From assembly GCA_965243395.1 (NCBI GenBank), contig CBDEUS010000002.1, positions 449,310-513,309 of the forward strand: DNA of 64,000 nt, read 5' to 3'. The notes below the pieces were generated by a model. It was not told the DNA's origin. It saw nothing but the letters and a program-made list of their open reading frames with translations, and did not search any database. The position numbers and the translations under genes are program-made. This document shows, piece after piece, positions 30,951 through 41,738 of the stretch. The DNA comes from Gammaproteobacteria bacterium (GTDB lineage Bacteria; Pseudomonadota; Gammaproteobacteria; UBA4575). How positions within the stretch are numbered: position 1 is the stretch's first letter; every line of letters starts with the position of its first letter.

Positions 30951-33596
30951 ATGAATGATATTGACCCACAAGAAACTAAGGAATGGTTGCAAGCTATGCA
31001 AGCCATATTAGAGCGTGATGGTGAAGCCCGTGCTCATTACATCATCGAGCAGCTCATTCATAATGCACGTCTTGCTGGAGTTAATTTACCTTTTCGTAAT
31101 ACCACCGCTTACGTAAATACCATACCTGTAGATGAAGAAGCTCGTCTGCCTGGCGATCCTCAAATGGAGCACCGGGTGCGTTCTTTAGAAAGGTGGAATG
31201 CACTTGCCATGGTCGTACGTGCAAATAAAAAATTTCCTGAATTGGGCGGCCATATTTCTACCTATGCCTCTTCAGCTACATTAATGAGTATTGGATTCAA
31301 CCATTTCTTTCGCCCGGCAACGAAAGATTTTGCTGGGGATTGTATTTACTTCCAGGGACACGCTGCCCCCGGTGTTTACGCGCGCGCTTATTTAGAGAAT
31401 CGGATCAGTGAAGAGCAGCTACAACATTATCGTCGAGAAGTGGATGGTAAAGGCCTATCTTCTTATCCACATCCTTGGCTCATGCCAGATTTTTGGCAAT
31501 TTCCAACAGTATCTATGGGGCTTGCGCCAATTATGGGGATTTATCAAGCACGTTTTATGGAGTACTTACACGATAGAGGCCTAATTGATAAAGGAGATCG
31601 TAAAGTTTGGGTCTTTACGGGTGATGGCGAAATGGATGAGCCTGAATCACTTGGAGCCATTTCGCTTGCTTCACGAGAGGAACTGGATAATTTAATTTTT
31701 GTTATCAACTGTAATTTGCAACGCCTAGATGGTCCTGTTCGTGGCAATGGAAAAATAATTCAAGAGTTAGAGGGTGTGTTTCGTGGTGCGGGCTGGAATG
31801 TTATTAAACTTATTTGGGGTGGAAACTGGGATCCTTTATTAGCAAAAGATAAAGAGGGATTTTTGCGCAAACGCATGAATGAAGCATTAGATGGTGATTT
31901 TCAAAACTATCGCGCCAAAGGAGGCGCTTATGTGCGCAAACACTTTTTTGGCGAATATCCTGAGCTGGAAAAAATTATTGAAAATATGACCGACGATGAT
32001 ATTTGGCGTTTAAATCGTGGCGGTCACGATCAACAAAAAGTCTACGCAGCCTATGCCGCTGCTGTAAAACATCAGGGACAACCAACCGTTATTTTAGCGA
32101 AAACCGTGAAAGGCTATGGGCTGGGCAAAAGTGGTGAAAGTATGAATATTGCTCATCAGCTTAAGAAACCTACTAAAGATTCGCTCGTCGCATTTCGCGA
32201 TCGTTATCGAATTCCTGTAAGCGATGAACAATTAGAAGAGGTGCCATTTTATAAGCCCGATGATGATAGTGCTGAAATGCAATACATGAAGAAATTGCGT
32301 AGCAAGTTGGCTGGTGAAATTCCTAAGCGTTCACAATCAAGTATAAAAATAAAAGTGCCAGAACTGGAAATATTTAAAGATTTAATCAATGGCAGTGACG
32401 GTCGTGAAAACTCTACTACGATGGCTTTTGTAAGAATTTTATTGGCGCTTACACGTGATAAAGAAATCGCAAAATATGTAGTACCTATTGTTCCTGATGA
32501 AGCACGCACATTTGGTATGGAGGGGTTGTTTCGAAGCATGGGAATATATGCTCACAAAGGACAACTTTATGATCCAGTCGATGCTGATCAAGTCATGTAT
32601 TACCGCGAAGATCAGGCTGGGCAAATTTTAGAAGAAGGTATAAATGAAGCAGGAGCAATGTCCTCGTGGATTGCCGCATCAACTTCTTACAGTGCTCATA
32701 ACATGCCAATGATCCCTTTTTATATTTTTTATTCCATGTTTGGATTTCAACGAATTGGTGATCTCGCTTGGGCTGCAGGAGATAGCCGCGCACGCGGATT
32801 TTTAATTGGTGGAACAGCCGGACGTACCACTTTAGCGGGTGAAGGATTACAACATCAAGATGGCCACAGTCACTTACTAGCATCTACGATTCCTAATTGT
32901 CGTGCATATGATCCTGCCTATGCATATGAACTTGCTGTAATCGTTCATCATGGCATGCAATCTATGTTTGAACATAACGAAGATCATTACTATTACATCA
33001 CAGTGATGAATGAAAATTATGCACAACCAAAAATGCCGCAAGGTTGTGAACAAGGCATTATTAATGGCATGTATCAATTGCAAGCTCCTGATCCTAAGAA
33101 ACACCACGTGCAATTGTTAGGAAGTGGAGCGATCTTATTGGAAGTAATTGCAGCTGCTGAATTGCTTGATCGAGATTATTCAATTAGTGCCGATATTTGG
33201 AGTGTTACAAGCTTTAATCGTTTACGGCATGAGGGCATGGAAGTTCAACGATGGAATATGCTCCATGCAGACGAAAAATCTAAAACTACTTACGTTGAAC
33301 AGTGTCTGCAAAATACTAAAGCTCCAGTTATAGCGGCAACGGACTATATGAAAATTTATGCAGACCAAATACGCCCATTCATTAAATCGAATTATGTCGT
33401 ATTAGGTACAGATGGGTTTGGACGAAGCGATACACGCAAACAATTACGCCGCCATTTTGAAGTGAATTCACATCATGTCGTTATTGCAGCAATTTATTCG
33501 TTGGTGCAAGAAGGTAGTCTCGATAAATCGGTTTTGCACTCTGCCATGCAAAAGTATGGCATTGATGCTGATAAAACTGATCCTGTATTTTCTTAG
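30951..33596 (+). CDS. aceE: Pyruvate dehydrogenase E1 component
   Basis: 881 aa, typical homodimeric-E1 N-terminus MNDIDPQETKEWLQA, ThDP-binding region GDGEMDEPES. Confidence 0.95.
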   Translation: MNDIDPQETKEWLQAMQAILERDGEARAHYIIEQLIHNARLAGVNLPFRNTTAYVNTIPVDEEARLPGDPQMEHRVRSLERWNALAMVVRANKKFPELGGHISTYASSATLMSIGFNHFFRPATKDFAGDCIYFQGHAAPGVYARAYLENRISEEQLQHYRREVDGKGLSSYPHPWLMPDFWQFPTVSMGLAPIMGIYQARFMEYLHDRGLIDKGDRKVWVFTGDGEMDEPESLGAISLASREELDNLIFVINCNLQRLDGPVRGNGKIIQELEGVFRGAGWNVIKLIWGGNWDPLLAKDKEGFLRKRMNEALDGDFQNYRAKGGAYVRKHFFGEYPELEKIIENMTDDDIWRLNRGGHDQQKVYAAYAAAVKHQGQPTVILAKTVKGYGLGKSGESMNIAHQLKKPTKDSLVAFRDRYRIPVSDEQLEEVPFYKPDDDSAEMQYMKKLRSKLAGEIPKRSQSSIKIKVPELEIFKDLINGSDGRENSTTMAFVRILLALTRDKEIAKYVVPIVPDEARTFGMEGLFRSMGIYAHKGQLYDPVDADQVMYYREDQAGQILEEGINEAGAMSSWIAASTSYSAHNMPMIPFYIFYSMFGFQRIGDLAWAAGDSRARGFLIGGTAGRTTLAGEGLQHQDGHSHLLASTIPNCRAYDPAYAYELAVIVHHGMQSMFEHNEDHYYYITVMNENYAQPKMPQGCEQGIINGMYQLQAPDPKKHHVQLLGSGAILLEVIAAAELLDRDYSISADIWSVTSFNRLRHEGMEVQRWNMLHADEKSKTTYVEQCLQNTKAPVIAATDYMKIYADQIRPFIKSNYVVLGTDGFGRSDTRKQLRRHFEVNSHHVVIAAIYSLVQEGSLDKSVLHSAMQKYGIDADKTDPVFS

Positions 33597-33604
33597 CGCT
33601 AATT

Positions 33605-34846
33605 GTGGAAACAAAAGAAATTAAGATCTCTGATATTGCTGATTTTGATGCAGTAGACGTAATAGAGATTTTAGTAAAAAAAGGAGACGAAATTACCTTA
33701 GAGCAACCCTTGGTAACAGTGGAAAGTGACAAAGCCATGATGGATTACCCTTCTCCATCAGCAGGGATAGTTGAAAATATAGTCGTAAGCGAGGGAGATA
33801 AGATAAGTGAGGGTGATACGTTATTGACGCTAAAAGTAACTTCAGATGAAGCACCTTCAACTGAAAAAGTTATTGCTGAGCCTAAGGAAGAGTTAGAAAA
33901 AGAAAAAGTCGTTGAAAAACAAGTAGTACGTTCTGAAAATATTCAACCGTCGAATACCTCAAATGCCTATGCGAGCCCAGGAACACACAAATATGCACGT
34001 GAGTTAGGAGTAGATTTAGACAATATACATGGTAGCGGACGACAACAAAGAATTGTTATTGAAGATATTCAACAGCATGTTCGTGACAACTTGTATTCGA
34101 CTTCATCAAATAAAGCTATAAAACAAAAAGCGTTAGACTTTTCTCAATACGGTCAATCACATGCAAAAGATTTAAGTAAAGTTCAAAAATTAACAGCGCA
34201 AAATATGCTTAATGCTTGGCAAAGTATCCCGCATGTGACCCATTTTGATAATGCTGACGTTACACAATTAGAACAACACCGAAAAAAACTAGCTAGCGAA
34301 CTTGAAACTAAGAAAATAAAGCTCACGCCACTTGCGTTTGTCGCTAAAGCACTCGTATTGTGTCTTAAACAGTTTCCTGATTTTAATGCTTCACTTGATA
34401 TTGTATCTGAGCAATTAATTTATAAAGATTTTTTTCATATTGGTATAGCAGTAGATACTGAACATGGGCTATTTGTACCGGTATTACGTGACGTAGACAA
34501 AAAAACATTGGAACAGGTAGCAAAAGAATTAGTTGAAGTCAGCACACTGGCAAAACAAAGAAAACTTACTCCTAAACATATGGGAGGAGCGAGTATGACA
34601 ATCTCAAGCTTGGGTAATTTAGGCGGCCAAGCTTTTACGCCCATTATTAATCCCCCCGAGGTTGCGATATTAGGGCTATCCAAAATGCTTATTAAAGATC
34701 AATTGAGCGAAGCAGGAACAAAACAACAAAAACTATTACCTTTATCATTGTCATATGACCACCGAGTGATTAATGGCGCAGATGCGGCACGTTTTTGTTC
34801 ACATTTAAAAAATGTTTTAGAGGATATCTGGAAACTTATTCTTTAA
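33605..34846 (+). CDS. aceF: Dihydrolipoamide acetyltransferase E2 (single lipoyl domain)
   Basis: Lipoyl-lysine motif ESDKAMMD, C-terminal catalytic DHRVINGA; GTG start. Confidence 0.9.
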   Translation: METKEIKISDIADFDAVDVIEILVKKGDEITLEQPLVTVESDKAMMDYPSPSAGIVENIVVSEGDKISEGDTLLTLKVTSDEAPSTEKVIAEPKEELEKEKVVEKQVVRSENIQPSNTSNAYASPGTHKYARELGVDLDNIHGSGRQQRIVIEDIQQHVRDNLYSTSSNKAIKQKALDFSQYGQSHAKDLSKVQKLTAQNMLNAWQSIPHVTHFDNADVTQLEQHRKKLASELETKKIKLTPLAFVAKALVLCLKQFPDFNASLDIVSEQLIYKDFFHIGIAVDTEHGLFVPVLRDVDKKTLEQVAKELVEVSTLAKQRKLTPKHMGGASMTISSLGNLGGQAFTPIINPPEVAILGLSKMLIKDQLSEAGTKQQKLLPLSLSYDHRVINGADAARFCSHLKNVLEDIWKLIL

Positions 34847-34864
34847 GTTTTAACGACAACGATC

Positions 34865-35965
34865 GTGATAATTGGTGTTCCAAAAGAAATAAAAGCAGAT
34901 GAATACCGTGTTTCATTACTACCGGTTGGCGCACAATTACTTGTTCAAGATGGTCATGAGGTACTTATAGAAAAAAATGCGGGTCTAGCAAGCGGGTATC
35001 ATGATAAGGAATTCGAGTCGGCGGGTGCAAAAATAGTATCGAATGTGAATGACATTTTTGCTGAGTCAAATTTAATTGTAAAAGTAAAAGAACCACAGCA
35101 CGAAGAGCTTGATAAATTTACTAACTCGCAAATCATATTTAGCTATTTTCATTTTGCGAGTTCGGAAGCATTAACCAAATCATGCATAAAAAGCGGTATA
35201 ACTGCTTTAGCTTATGAAACGCTTACAGATGTTCATGGACAATTACCCTTGTTAAAACCCATGAGCGAGGTTGCAGGCAAGATGTCTATTCAAGAAGGTG
35301 CTAAATGTCTTGAGAAACCTATGTTAGGAAGAGGTGTGTTATTAGGAGGCGTGGCAGGTGTTGCGCCTGCAAATGTACTCATTCTTGGGGCTGGTGTTGT
35401 GGGCTCAAACGCAGCACGCGTCGCTGCTGGATTGGGTGCAAATGTGATTGTAATGGATATAGACATTGAAAAACTTCGTCATATTGATGAAGTAATGCCA
35501 GATAATGTCACAACTATTTATTCTGACCCTCATGCAATTGAAAACTGTGCAATTAATGCAGATTTAATTATAGGTGCAACACTCGTTCCTGGTGCACGCG
35601 CAAAAAAATTGATCGACAGAAGCTTATTAAAAGATATGAAAAAGGGTGCTGTGCTTGTTGATGTATCCATTGATCAAGGGGGGTGTTTTGAAACCAGTAA
35701 ACCCACTACACACCATGATCCGGTCTATGTAATTGATAATATCGTACATTATTGTGTAACTAATATACCTGGTGCCGTTGCGCGTACAAGCAGTCAAGCA
35801 TTATGCAATGCAACGCTACCCTTTATTCAAAAATTGAGTAACTTAGGCTTACAGGCGTTTATTAATGAAAGTAAAAATTTACGCAATGCACTCAATATTC
35901 ATGAAGGCAAGATTAAACATTTAGCTGTAGCAAACGCATTTCCAAATTTGCCGAATAGCTTCTAG
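34865..35965 (+). CDS. ald: Alanine dehydrogenase
   Basis: MIIGVPKEIK N-terminus, NAD-binding GAGVVGSNAARVAAGLGA. Confidence 0.85.
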   Translation: MIIGVPKEIKADEYRVSLLPVGAQLLVQDGHEVLIEKNAGLASGYHDKEFESAGAKIVSNVNDIFAESNLIVKVKEPQHEELDKFTNSQIIFSYFHFASSEALTKSCIKSGITALAYETLTDVHGQLPLLKPMSEVAGKMSIQEGAKCLEKPMLGRGVLLGGVAGVAPANVLILGAGVVGSNAARVAAGLGANVIVMDIDIEKLRHIDEVMPDNVTTIYSDPHAIENCAINADLIIGATLVPGARAKKLIDRSLLKDMKKGAVLVDVSIDQGGCFETSKPTTHHDPVYVIDNIVHYCVTNIPGAVARTSSQALCNATLPFIQKLSNLGLQAFINESKNLRNALNIHEGKIKHLAVANAFPNLPNSF

Positions 35966-36559
35966 CTAGCGAAATTCTAAAAAATATATGGTCACGCCAA
36001 GAAGTATTAATGCAATTTCTATAATGCTTATCCAGATGATCATATAAGTAATTCTCCTGGCCATTGGCTTCATTGGCAGCCAAATTCGTTGTTTATAAAG
36101 TTTCCAAGGCAAAAACCAAGACCAACGCTGCCAATCGATTACATAGTTTTGAACTTCTTCTGCCCATTTCGTTAGGCTTTTGTCAACGCTGCTAAGTTCA
36201 TTAGCGGTATCGTTAGATGAAGGTGAATGATATTTTTCAGTTATTTTTAATTTTGATCCTTCTGGAATAGATAGTGTTTTAAGTATTGTTTCAGACTTAA
36301 TTCCATTTTCGTATTCAATCTTAATGCCATCATCAATATCAGTGACATATATGTTTGTTTTAAGTGAGAACGTATGGTTCTGGCTATGATTAACTACATC
36401 AATGAAATATTTTTGCGGCCCTAAATTTTTCCATTGCTTAATTTCAAGATAAGGATTAATTTTAAAAAGTTGCTCGATATCGCGACAAAAATGAATTAAA
36501 GCATCTTGGCGTAGGGGCGTTTTGAATTCTGCCCACGCCTTATTATCTGTACTTGTCAA
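35966..36559 (-). CDS. Hypothetical protein with a C-terminal TM helix
   Basis: ORF only; hydrophobic C-terminus IIWISIIEIALILLGVTIYF. Confidence 0.35.
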   Translation of the reverse strand: MTSTDNKAWAEFKTPLRQDALIHFCRDIEQLFKINPYLEIKQWKNLGPQKYFIDVVNHSQNHTFSLKTNIYVTDIDDGIKIEYENGIKSETILKTLSIPEGSKLKITEKYHSPSSNDTANELSSVDKSLTKWAEEVQNYVIDWQRWSWFLPWKLYKQRIWLPMKPMARRITYMIIWISIIEIALILLGVTIYFLEFR

Positions 36560-36565
36560 AAGGAA

Positions 36566-37033
36566 TTAGTGTTTCGTGTCAGGGTAAGGAATTTGCAGAA
36601 GTGCTGTACTCAAATTCTTCTTAATTGAATCCGTCATCATGCGAGAATGCAATCCAGATATAAATTTTGGTCGGGGCGAGCCTGTAACGATTAAATCAAA
36701 ATCGTGTTCTTCACAAACGTTTTGCAAACAATTTTTTGGGTCACCGAACATGAATAGACTTTTATATTTTGCATTATGCTTTGAAAGGGTAGCCTCAACT
36801 CTAGAAATCGTTATTTCTGCTTCATTTACAAGTTCAGATTCCAAATAGTTACAAAATCGCTCTTGTGTGATTTGGTTGCTGAGCCAATCATCCCCAGTCA
36901 TATGTTTCCAAAGCTCAGGAACTACATACAAGTGAATAACTTCAACATCCTTTAAGTGCATATTTAATAATGCCTGTTCAGCGGCACGCGCACCTGTGGA
37001 GCCATGGCTGGCAAGCAAAACTTTCTTAGGCAT
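36566..37033 (-). CDS. Universal stress protein family (UspA-like)
   Basis: 155 aa, alpha/beta pattern with HLYVV… and a C-terminal LIVTGSPRPKFISGLHSRMM ATP-binding-like motif. Confidence 0.4.
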   Translation of the reverse strand: MPKKVLLASHGSTGARAAEQALLNMHLKDVEVIHLYVVPELWKHMTGDDWLSNQITQERFCNYLESELVNEAEITISRVEATLSKHNAKYKSLFMFGDPKNCLQNVCEEHDFDLIVTGSPRPKFISGLHSRMMTDSIKKNLSTALLQIPYPDTKH

Positions 37034-37187
37034 AAATGTTAACTATTCAATAGGCTAGATAGACAAATAAAGCAACCAATAAAGCTAATATGAGTGCCAC
37101 TAAATCTTCTCTTCTATCGCTGCTGAAGATAGATAGTGCGGATCCACGATCAAATTTATTATCTTGCATAAGAATCTCCTGGAAAAT

Positions 37188-38768
37188 TTAAATTTTTTCC
37201 GAAATAAATAATAAAACTACAATTAAGGACAAACTGGCTTTAACGAATCCCACGATTCCCCCGATTACTGCAGGTTGCCCTCCTGCTTGCCGCATTGCGG
37301 AAACAGTAATTTGCATGCCTAAACCCACCAATCCAAATGCAAATAACCAGGTAATCCAGTTTCTAAAGGCCTTTATCTTTTTTGCAGTATGTCGTACAGA
37401 CTTGTGGGCTTTTTTAAGGATTTCATTTGCAGATTTGGTAAGTACATTTGCGTTTATCAGACCTCGTATCGCATCATCATCATCGATACTCATGATCTTG
37501 CCATGTTGAATTAATTGATTAAGCGCCTGTTTGCGATCTTGTCGCTGTACTTTTGAAGATTCGTTGACTAACAAACTTTTATTTTCATCACTTAATAGAT
37601 TTTCAGATTTAAATCCACTTTCTTCGGTGTTCCCAAAGTACTTTCCTTTGTAATGATTGGCAGGTGCAAATATACCTGTTGTTGAAAGTGCAAAAAGTAA
37701 GATAAAACCCAAAACAAAAATTGGGAATTTTTCAAAAATAACTCTACCAACATTAACTTGGGTATCCACACTGTCTTCACGTTTTACGTACCAAACGGAT
37801 AACCATAAAACGATAATAGGCAAAATAAGCACACGTGTAATATTAAAAATTTCAGCAACTTTTAGGGTTTCAATTCCATCCGGTTGATAAGCTAACGCAG
37901 CACCTGCTACTTGAGCGGAATTCAAAATACCTGTGCCTGCCCAAGCTCCAAACTGCACGTGTGAGAAATTTAATAAGTGTCCAATGATGGGGAATATAAA
38001 CATACATAGCACACCCCATAGCAATATCGTGCCAATGGTGTAAGCAATTTCTACAGACTTTGCTTTAACAACCGGGGCTGCTGCAACGGTCGCAGATACT
38101 CCACAAACCCCCATTCCTGCAGACAACACGCCGCCCATAGAATTGGATATTTTTCTACGAGCTCCTAACCATAAAACTAGACCTACTGAGCCTAATACAA
38201 AAAATCCGATCATGATGATGGATAGCCCACCGAGATTTTTTAGTTCTGCAGCACTATATAAGGTACCAAGTAAGATCACTCCGGTTTTTAAACCTAACCG
38301 GGAAAGCCGTACTCCATTTTCAGCCCATTCTGGAATTCTGAAAACGTTAACGATGATGATGCCAACTAAAATGCCTAAAACTACATAGTTCAAGCCGAGA
38401 ATTTCATGTAGATATTTTCCAGTGTTACCTACTTTCCCAATTGAACTCCCTACGACAGCAATTTCTGGTGCAACAAACCAGCGCACAAGCATTGCAATTA
38501 ACAAAATGAACATAACTCCAGCAATAGTTGAAAGGTAATAGTCGCATGTTCCTTCTTTAGGAGTGCTTAGCCATTGCCAAAGACCGAAAATGATAGAGAA
38601 AATCCCAAAGTAAAGAGGCAGGGTAGTAAGTTCATTAAAGTATTTATATTTATTCCCACCAAGATGATTAATATAGGATGCAAGATAATCAGAACTGGCT
38701 AGAAACCAAATGGCCAACATAATTAGCCCGATAAAGAACAAAGCAGAAGATTTTTTTGTATAAACCAT
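37188..38768 (-). CDS. Polytopic inner-membrane protein (possible transporter) with a large cytoplasmic loop
   Basis: At least 10 hydrophobic segments and a charged 80-aa central insert; family unclear. Confidence 0.45.
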   Translation of the reverse strand: MVYTKKSSALFFIGLIMLAIWFLASSDYLASYINHLGGNKYKYFNELTTLPLYFGIFSIIFGLWQWLSTPKEGTCDYYLSTIAGVMFILLIAMLVRWFVAPEIAVVGSSIGKVGNTGKYLHEILGLNYVVLGILVGIIIVNVFRIPEWAENGVRLSRLGLKTGVILLGTLYSAAELKNLGGLSIIMIGFFVLGSVGLVLWLGARRKISNSMGGVLSAGMGVCGVSATVAAAPVVKAKSVEIAYTIGTILLWGVLCMFIFPIIGHLLNFSHVQFGAWAGTGILNSAQVAGAALAYQPDGIETLKVAEIFNITRVLILPIIVLWLSVWYVKREDSVDTQVNVGRVIFEKFPIFVLGFILLFALSTTGIFAPANHYKGKYFGNTEESGFKSENLLSDENKSLLVNESSKVQRQDRKQALNQLIQHGKIMSIDDDDAIRGLINANVLTKSANEILKKAHKSVRHTAKKIKAFRNWITWLFAFGLVGLGMQITVSAMRQAGGQPAVIGGIVGFVKASLSLIVVLLFISEKI

Positions 38769-38902
38769 GCATCACCCTGATTTATTTTTGTTATAGAGTG
38801 CTTATTTATATTCTAATCTGTGCCAGTAATGTGTGTATAGCTATTTGTATCCAGAGTATGAAAAGACATCTATAAGTTTTATTTATTTTTGCTATCAATT
38901 TA

Positions 38903-40807
38903 ATGTCAAAAATTTACAAACACGACAATGATGATACTCCGGCTTATCGAAATGCTTGGAATAGTAGTTTTGCTGAAGTTCTGTCTCGACGCATGAGTCG
39001 TCGCGCGTGGATAAAGAGCATTGGCTTGATGGGTTTTTGTACAGTTTCAAGTAATGTGAATCTGTCTGCAAAAGATAAGCAAACACTACTTTCTTTTGAA
39101 GAAATTTCTCATGGCTTAGACACGCAATTACATTTAGCAAAAGATTATTCCGCACAAATTTTATTAAGATGGGGAGACCCATTGTTTAGAAATGAAAGTA
39201 AATTTAATCCTTATAAACAAAATGCTGAATCACAACTCAAACGTTTTGGATACAACAATGATTTTGTAGATTATTTATCAATTTCACGTAAGAAAAATAT
39301 TTCTAATCATGGGTTATTAGTTGTTAATCATGAGTATGTAAATAGTAGCTTGATGCATCCGGGCTCACCTAGACCCTATGATTTAGCACGAGAACAAATT
39401 GATACTGAAATGGCCGCTCACGGTCTCAGCATTATTGAGGTGTATAAACAAAAGAATCATTGGAACATTAAACTTGATTCAAACTACAATCGACGCATCA
39501 CGCCTTCTACTAAGATGAAATTATCGGGCCCTGCAAAAGGGCACCAAAGAGTAAAAACTGAATATTCTCCTCAAGGTGATTTTTGTTTGGGTACGTTTGG
39601 TAATTGTGCTGGGTGTGTAACACCTTGGGGAACTGTATTAACAGCAGAGGAAAACATTCAAGCCTATTTTATGGGTAATGCGAAATCTACGAATGAGCGC
39701 GAAAACTACAAACGTTTTGGATTACATGGAGATAAAACAGCATTATCTATATGGGGAAATTATCATGATATTTGGGATTTAGATAAACATCCACAAGCTG
39801 CTATGCATGCAGGATGGATTGTGGAGATTGATCCATACGATTCTTCATTTGTGCCGATTAAACGAACAGCTTTGGGTCGCTGTAAACATGAGGGATGTGA
39901 TGTGCACATCAATAAAGATGGAAGAGTCGTTCTATACATGGGCGATGATCAAACATTTGAATATATATATCGCTTTGTAAGCAAGGAAAAATTTCAAACA
40001 CATAACCAAAGAAATAATTTGGCTTTATTGGATGAAGGTGAGTTGAGTGTTGCGGAATTTACAGATCAAGGCACAGTTATTTGGCATCCATTGCAATACG
40101 GAAATGAACCACACATAAAAAAGAACGGATTTAACAGTCAAGCAGATGTCGTTTTAGATATGCGAAAAGCAGCTGATTTAGTAGGCGCAACACCGATGGA
40201 TCGGCCCGAAGAAATAAAAGTTAACCCAAAATCCGGAAATGTATTTGCTGTTTTAACTAACAATTTCAAACGTACACCGTTGCAAGTCGATGCTGTAAAT
40301 CCTCGTGCATTAAATCGACATGGGCACATTCTAGAGCTCATCGCTCCTGAACAAGACCATAGTGCCAGAGAATATCAATGGGAAGTATTCATATTAGCAG
40401 GAGACCCAAATAAAAAAATTGATCAGGCTTACTATTCTGCAAAGTTATCGGAAAATGGTTGGTTTTCTAGTCCTGATAATTGTAGCTTTGATAGGTATGG
40501 CAATATTTGGATTGCTACGGATGGCTTTAATCGATCCGGCAAAGCAGATGGGATATGGGTTTCTGTGACTGGTAATGAAAATGAGAAAATTTGTAAGCAG
40601 TTTTTACGAGCTCCGATTGGTGCGGAAGTTTGTAGCCCTTGCTTCACACCCGATCATAAAACGATGTTTTGTTCTATCCAACACCCGGGAGACGGGTCGA
40701 CATTTGATCAACCCAATACGCGCTGGCCTGATTTTAATTTAAAGATACCGCCTCGTCCTGCCGTGGTAGCGGTAACTCACGATCAAGACGAGGAGATAGG
40801 AAGTTAA
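38903..40807 (+). CDS. Tat-secreted PhoX-like (DUF839) phosphatase
   Basis: Twin-arginine signal SRRMSRRAWIKSIGLMG, about 630 aa, beta-propeller-like repeat content, TAEEN motif. Confidence 0.45.
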   Translation: MSKIYKHDNDDTPAYRNAWNSSFAEVLSRRMSRRAWIKSIGLMGFCTVSSNVNLSAKDKQTLLSFEEISHGLDTQLHLAKDYSAQILLRWGDPLFRNESKFNPYKQNAESQLKRFGYNNDFVDYLSISRKKNISNHGLLVVNHEYVNSSLMHPGSPRPYDLAREQIDTEMAAHGLSIIEVYKQKNHWNIKLDSNYNRRITPSTKMKLSGPAKGHQRVKTEYSPQGDFCLGTFGNCAGCVTPWGTVLTAEENIQAYFMGNAKSTNERENYKRFGLHGDKTALSIWGNYHDIWDLDKHPQAAMHAGWIVEIDPYDSSFVPIKRTALGRCKHEGCDVHINKDGRVVLYMGDDQTFEYIYRFVSKEKFQTHNQRNNLALLDEGELSVAEFTDQGTVIWHPLQYGNEPHIKKNGFNSQADVVLDMRKAADLVGATPMDRPEEIKVNPKSGNVFAVLTNNFKRTPLQVDAVNPRALNRHGHILELIAPEQDHSAREYQWEVFILAGDPNKKIDQAYYSAKLSENGWFSSPDNCSFDRYGNIWIATDGFNRSGKADGIWVSVTGNENEKICKQFLRAPIGAEVCSPCFTPDHKTMFCSIQHPGDGSTFDQPNTRWPDFNLKIPPRPAVVAVTHDQDEEIGS

Positions 40808-40826
40808 GTTGCAAAGTAAATCTTTT

Positions 40827-41135
40827 TTATCTTTCACTTGGTGGGACAAATTTATCTGTCCAAGGGGAAAGCTGAATAAATTCACTGAATTCTGCACGAT
40901 TAATTAACCCGTTTGAGTCTTCATCAAAGCGAGCAAAAATTTCGTCATCACTTAAGTTATAGACGGCTTTAGCTTCATCGCGGTCCAATCGTTCATTTCG
41001 ATCCAGATCTGCACCCCAAAATAGTCCGTCTTCAAAACTGCGTCCACCTCCAGCAACACCCGCTATAGAAGCAAGAGGTATCAACATAAGCACAACAGCA
41101 AATACAACATTAAGGAATTTCATTATTTTCTCCAA
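40827..41135 (-). CDS. Small secreted EF-hand calcium-binding protein
   Basis: Signal peptide; two EF-hand loops DLDRNERLDRDE and DEDSNGLINRAE. Confidence 0.6.
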   Translation of the reverse strand: MEKIMKFLNVVFAVVLMLIPLASIAGVAGGGRSFEDGLFWGADLDRNERLDRDEAKAVYNLSDDEIFARFDEDSNGLINRAEFSEFIQLSPWTDKFVPPSER

Positions 41136-41407
41136 AATAGTTTTGATAACCCAGTAGACCGCATTATCAATAAAAAATTACATCAAAAAGGTTAAAAATT
41201 TGTAATATTCGAAATCATATCTATTTCGTTAATAATTATTTTTTATTCGTATGAATATTTGCTTTCAAATTTAGACTGTGAATTGAGTTGCAATTATCAA
41301 AACGAGTTAACCACCTGTCTATTTCAAATAACCGTAAATATTTATGTTCGCCTATAAGCGTTTAATTTTACATATAATGTTTTATTTCCTTTAACACGGG
41401 TGGGGTT

Positions 41408-41659
41408 ATGTTGGGTTTAAAAAAATCACCTAAGAGGGAACAAAAATCATTATTAGAGAGTAAGCAATTACCTGATCGTCGAAGTAAGAGGGCAGATCGG
41501 CGTTCTTTTGGCTTACCAAACAAGTTTCCCTTGTCAGATCGTCTTGGAAAGATTATTAAAGTGGATCGCCGCAGAAGGCCTGATCGTCGTATAGCCAATA
41601 TCGAAGTTAAAGAAGACTGTCTATCGAATGATTCGAGGTGGTTTAAAAATAATAATTAA
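41408..41659 (+). CDS. Possible small, highly basic, repeat-containing protein (DRR repeats); could be noncoding
   Basis: 83-aa ORF with PDRRSKRADRRS / VDRRRRPDRRIA repeats; corresponding DNA carries repeated CCTGATCGTCG; G-rich RBS-like sequence upstream. Confidence 0.25.
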   Translation: MLGLKKSPKREQKSLLESKQLPDRRSKRADRRSFGLPNKFPLSDRLGKIIKVDRRRRPDRRIANIEVKEDCLSNDSRWFKNNN

Positions 41660-41738
41660 AATTATTGTATATTTTTGCTTAGTAAAGTCTGTTAAATCTC
41701 GACAACCCAATTTTAGGAGTTGGGTAATTATTTTAAAA

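Noticed and set aside
38769-38902. Pho box upstream of the PhoX-like gene
   Set aside because: CTGTGCCAGTAATGTGTGTATAG only weakly resembles the CTGTCAT-N4-CTGTCAT consensus, which is not enough to call.
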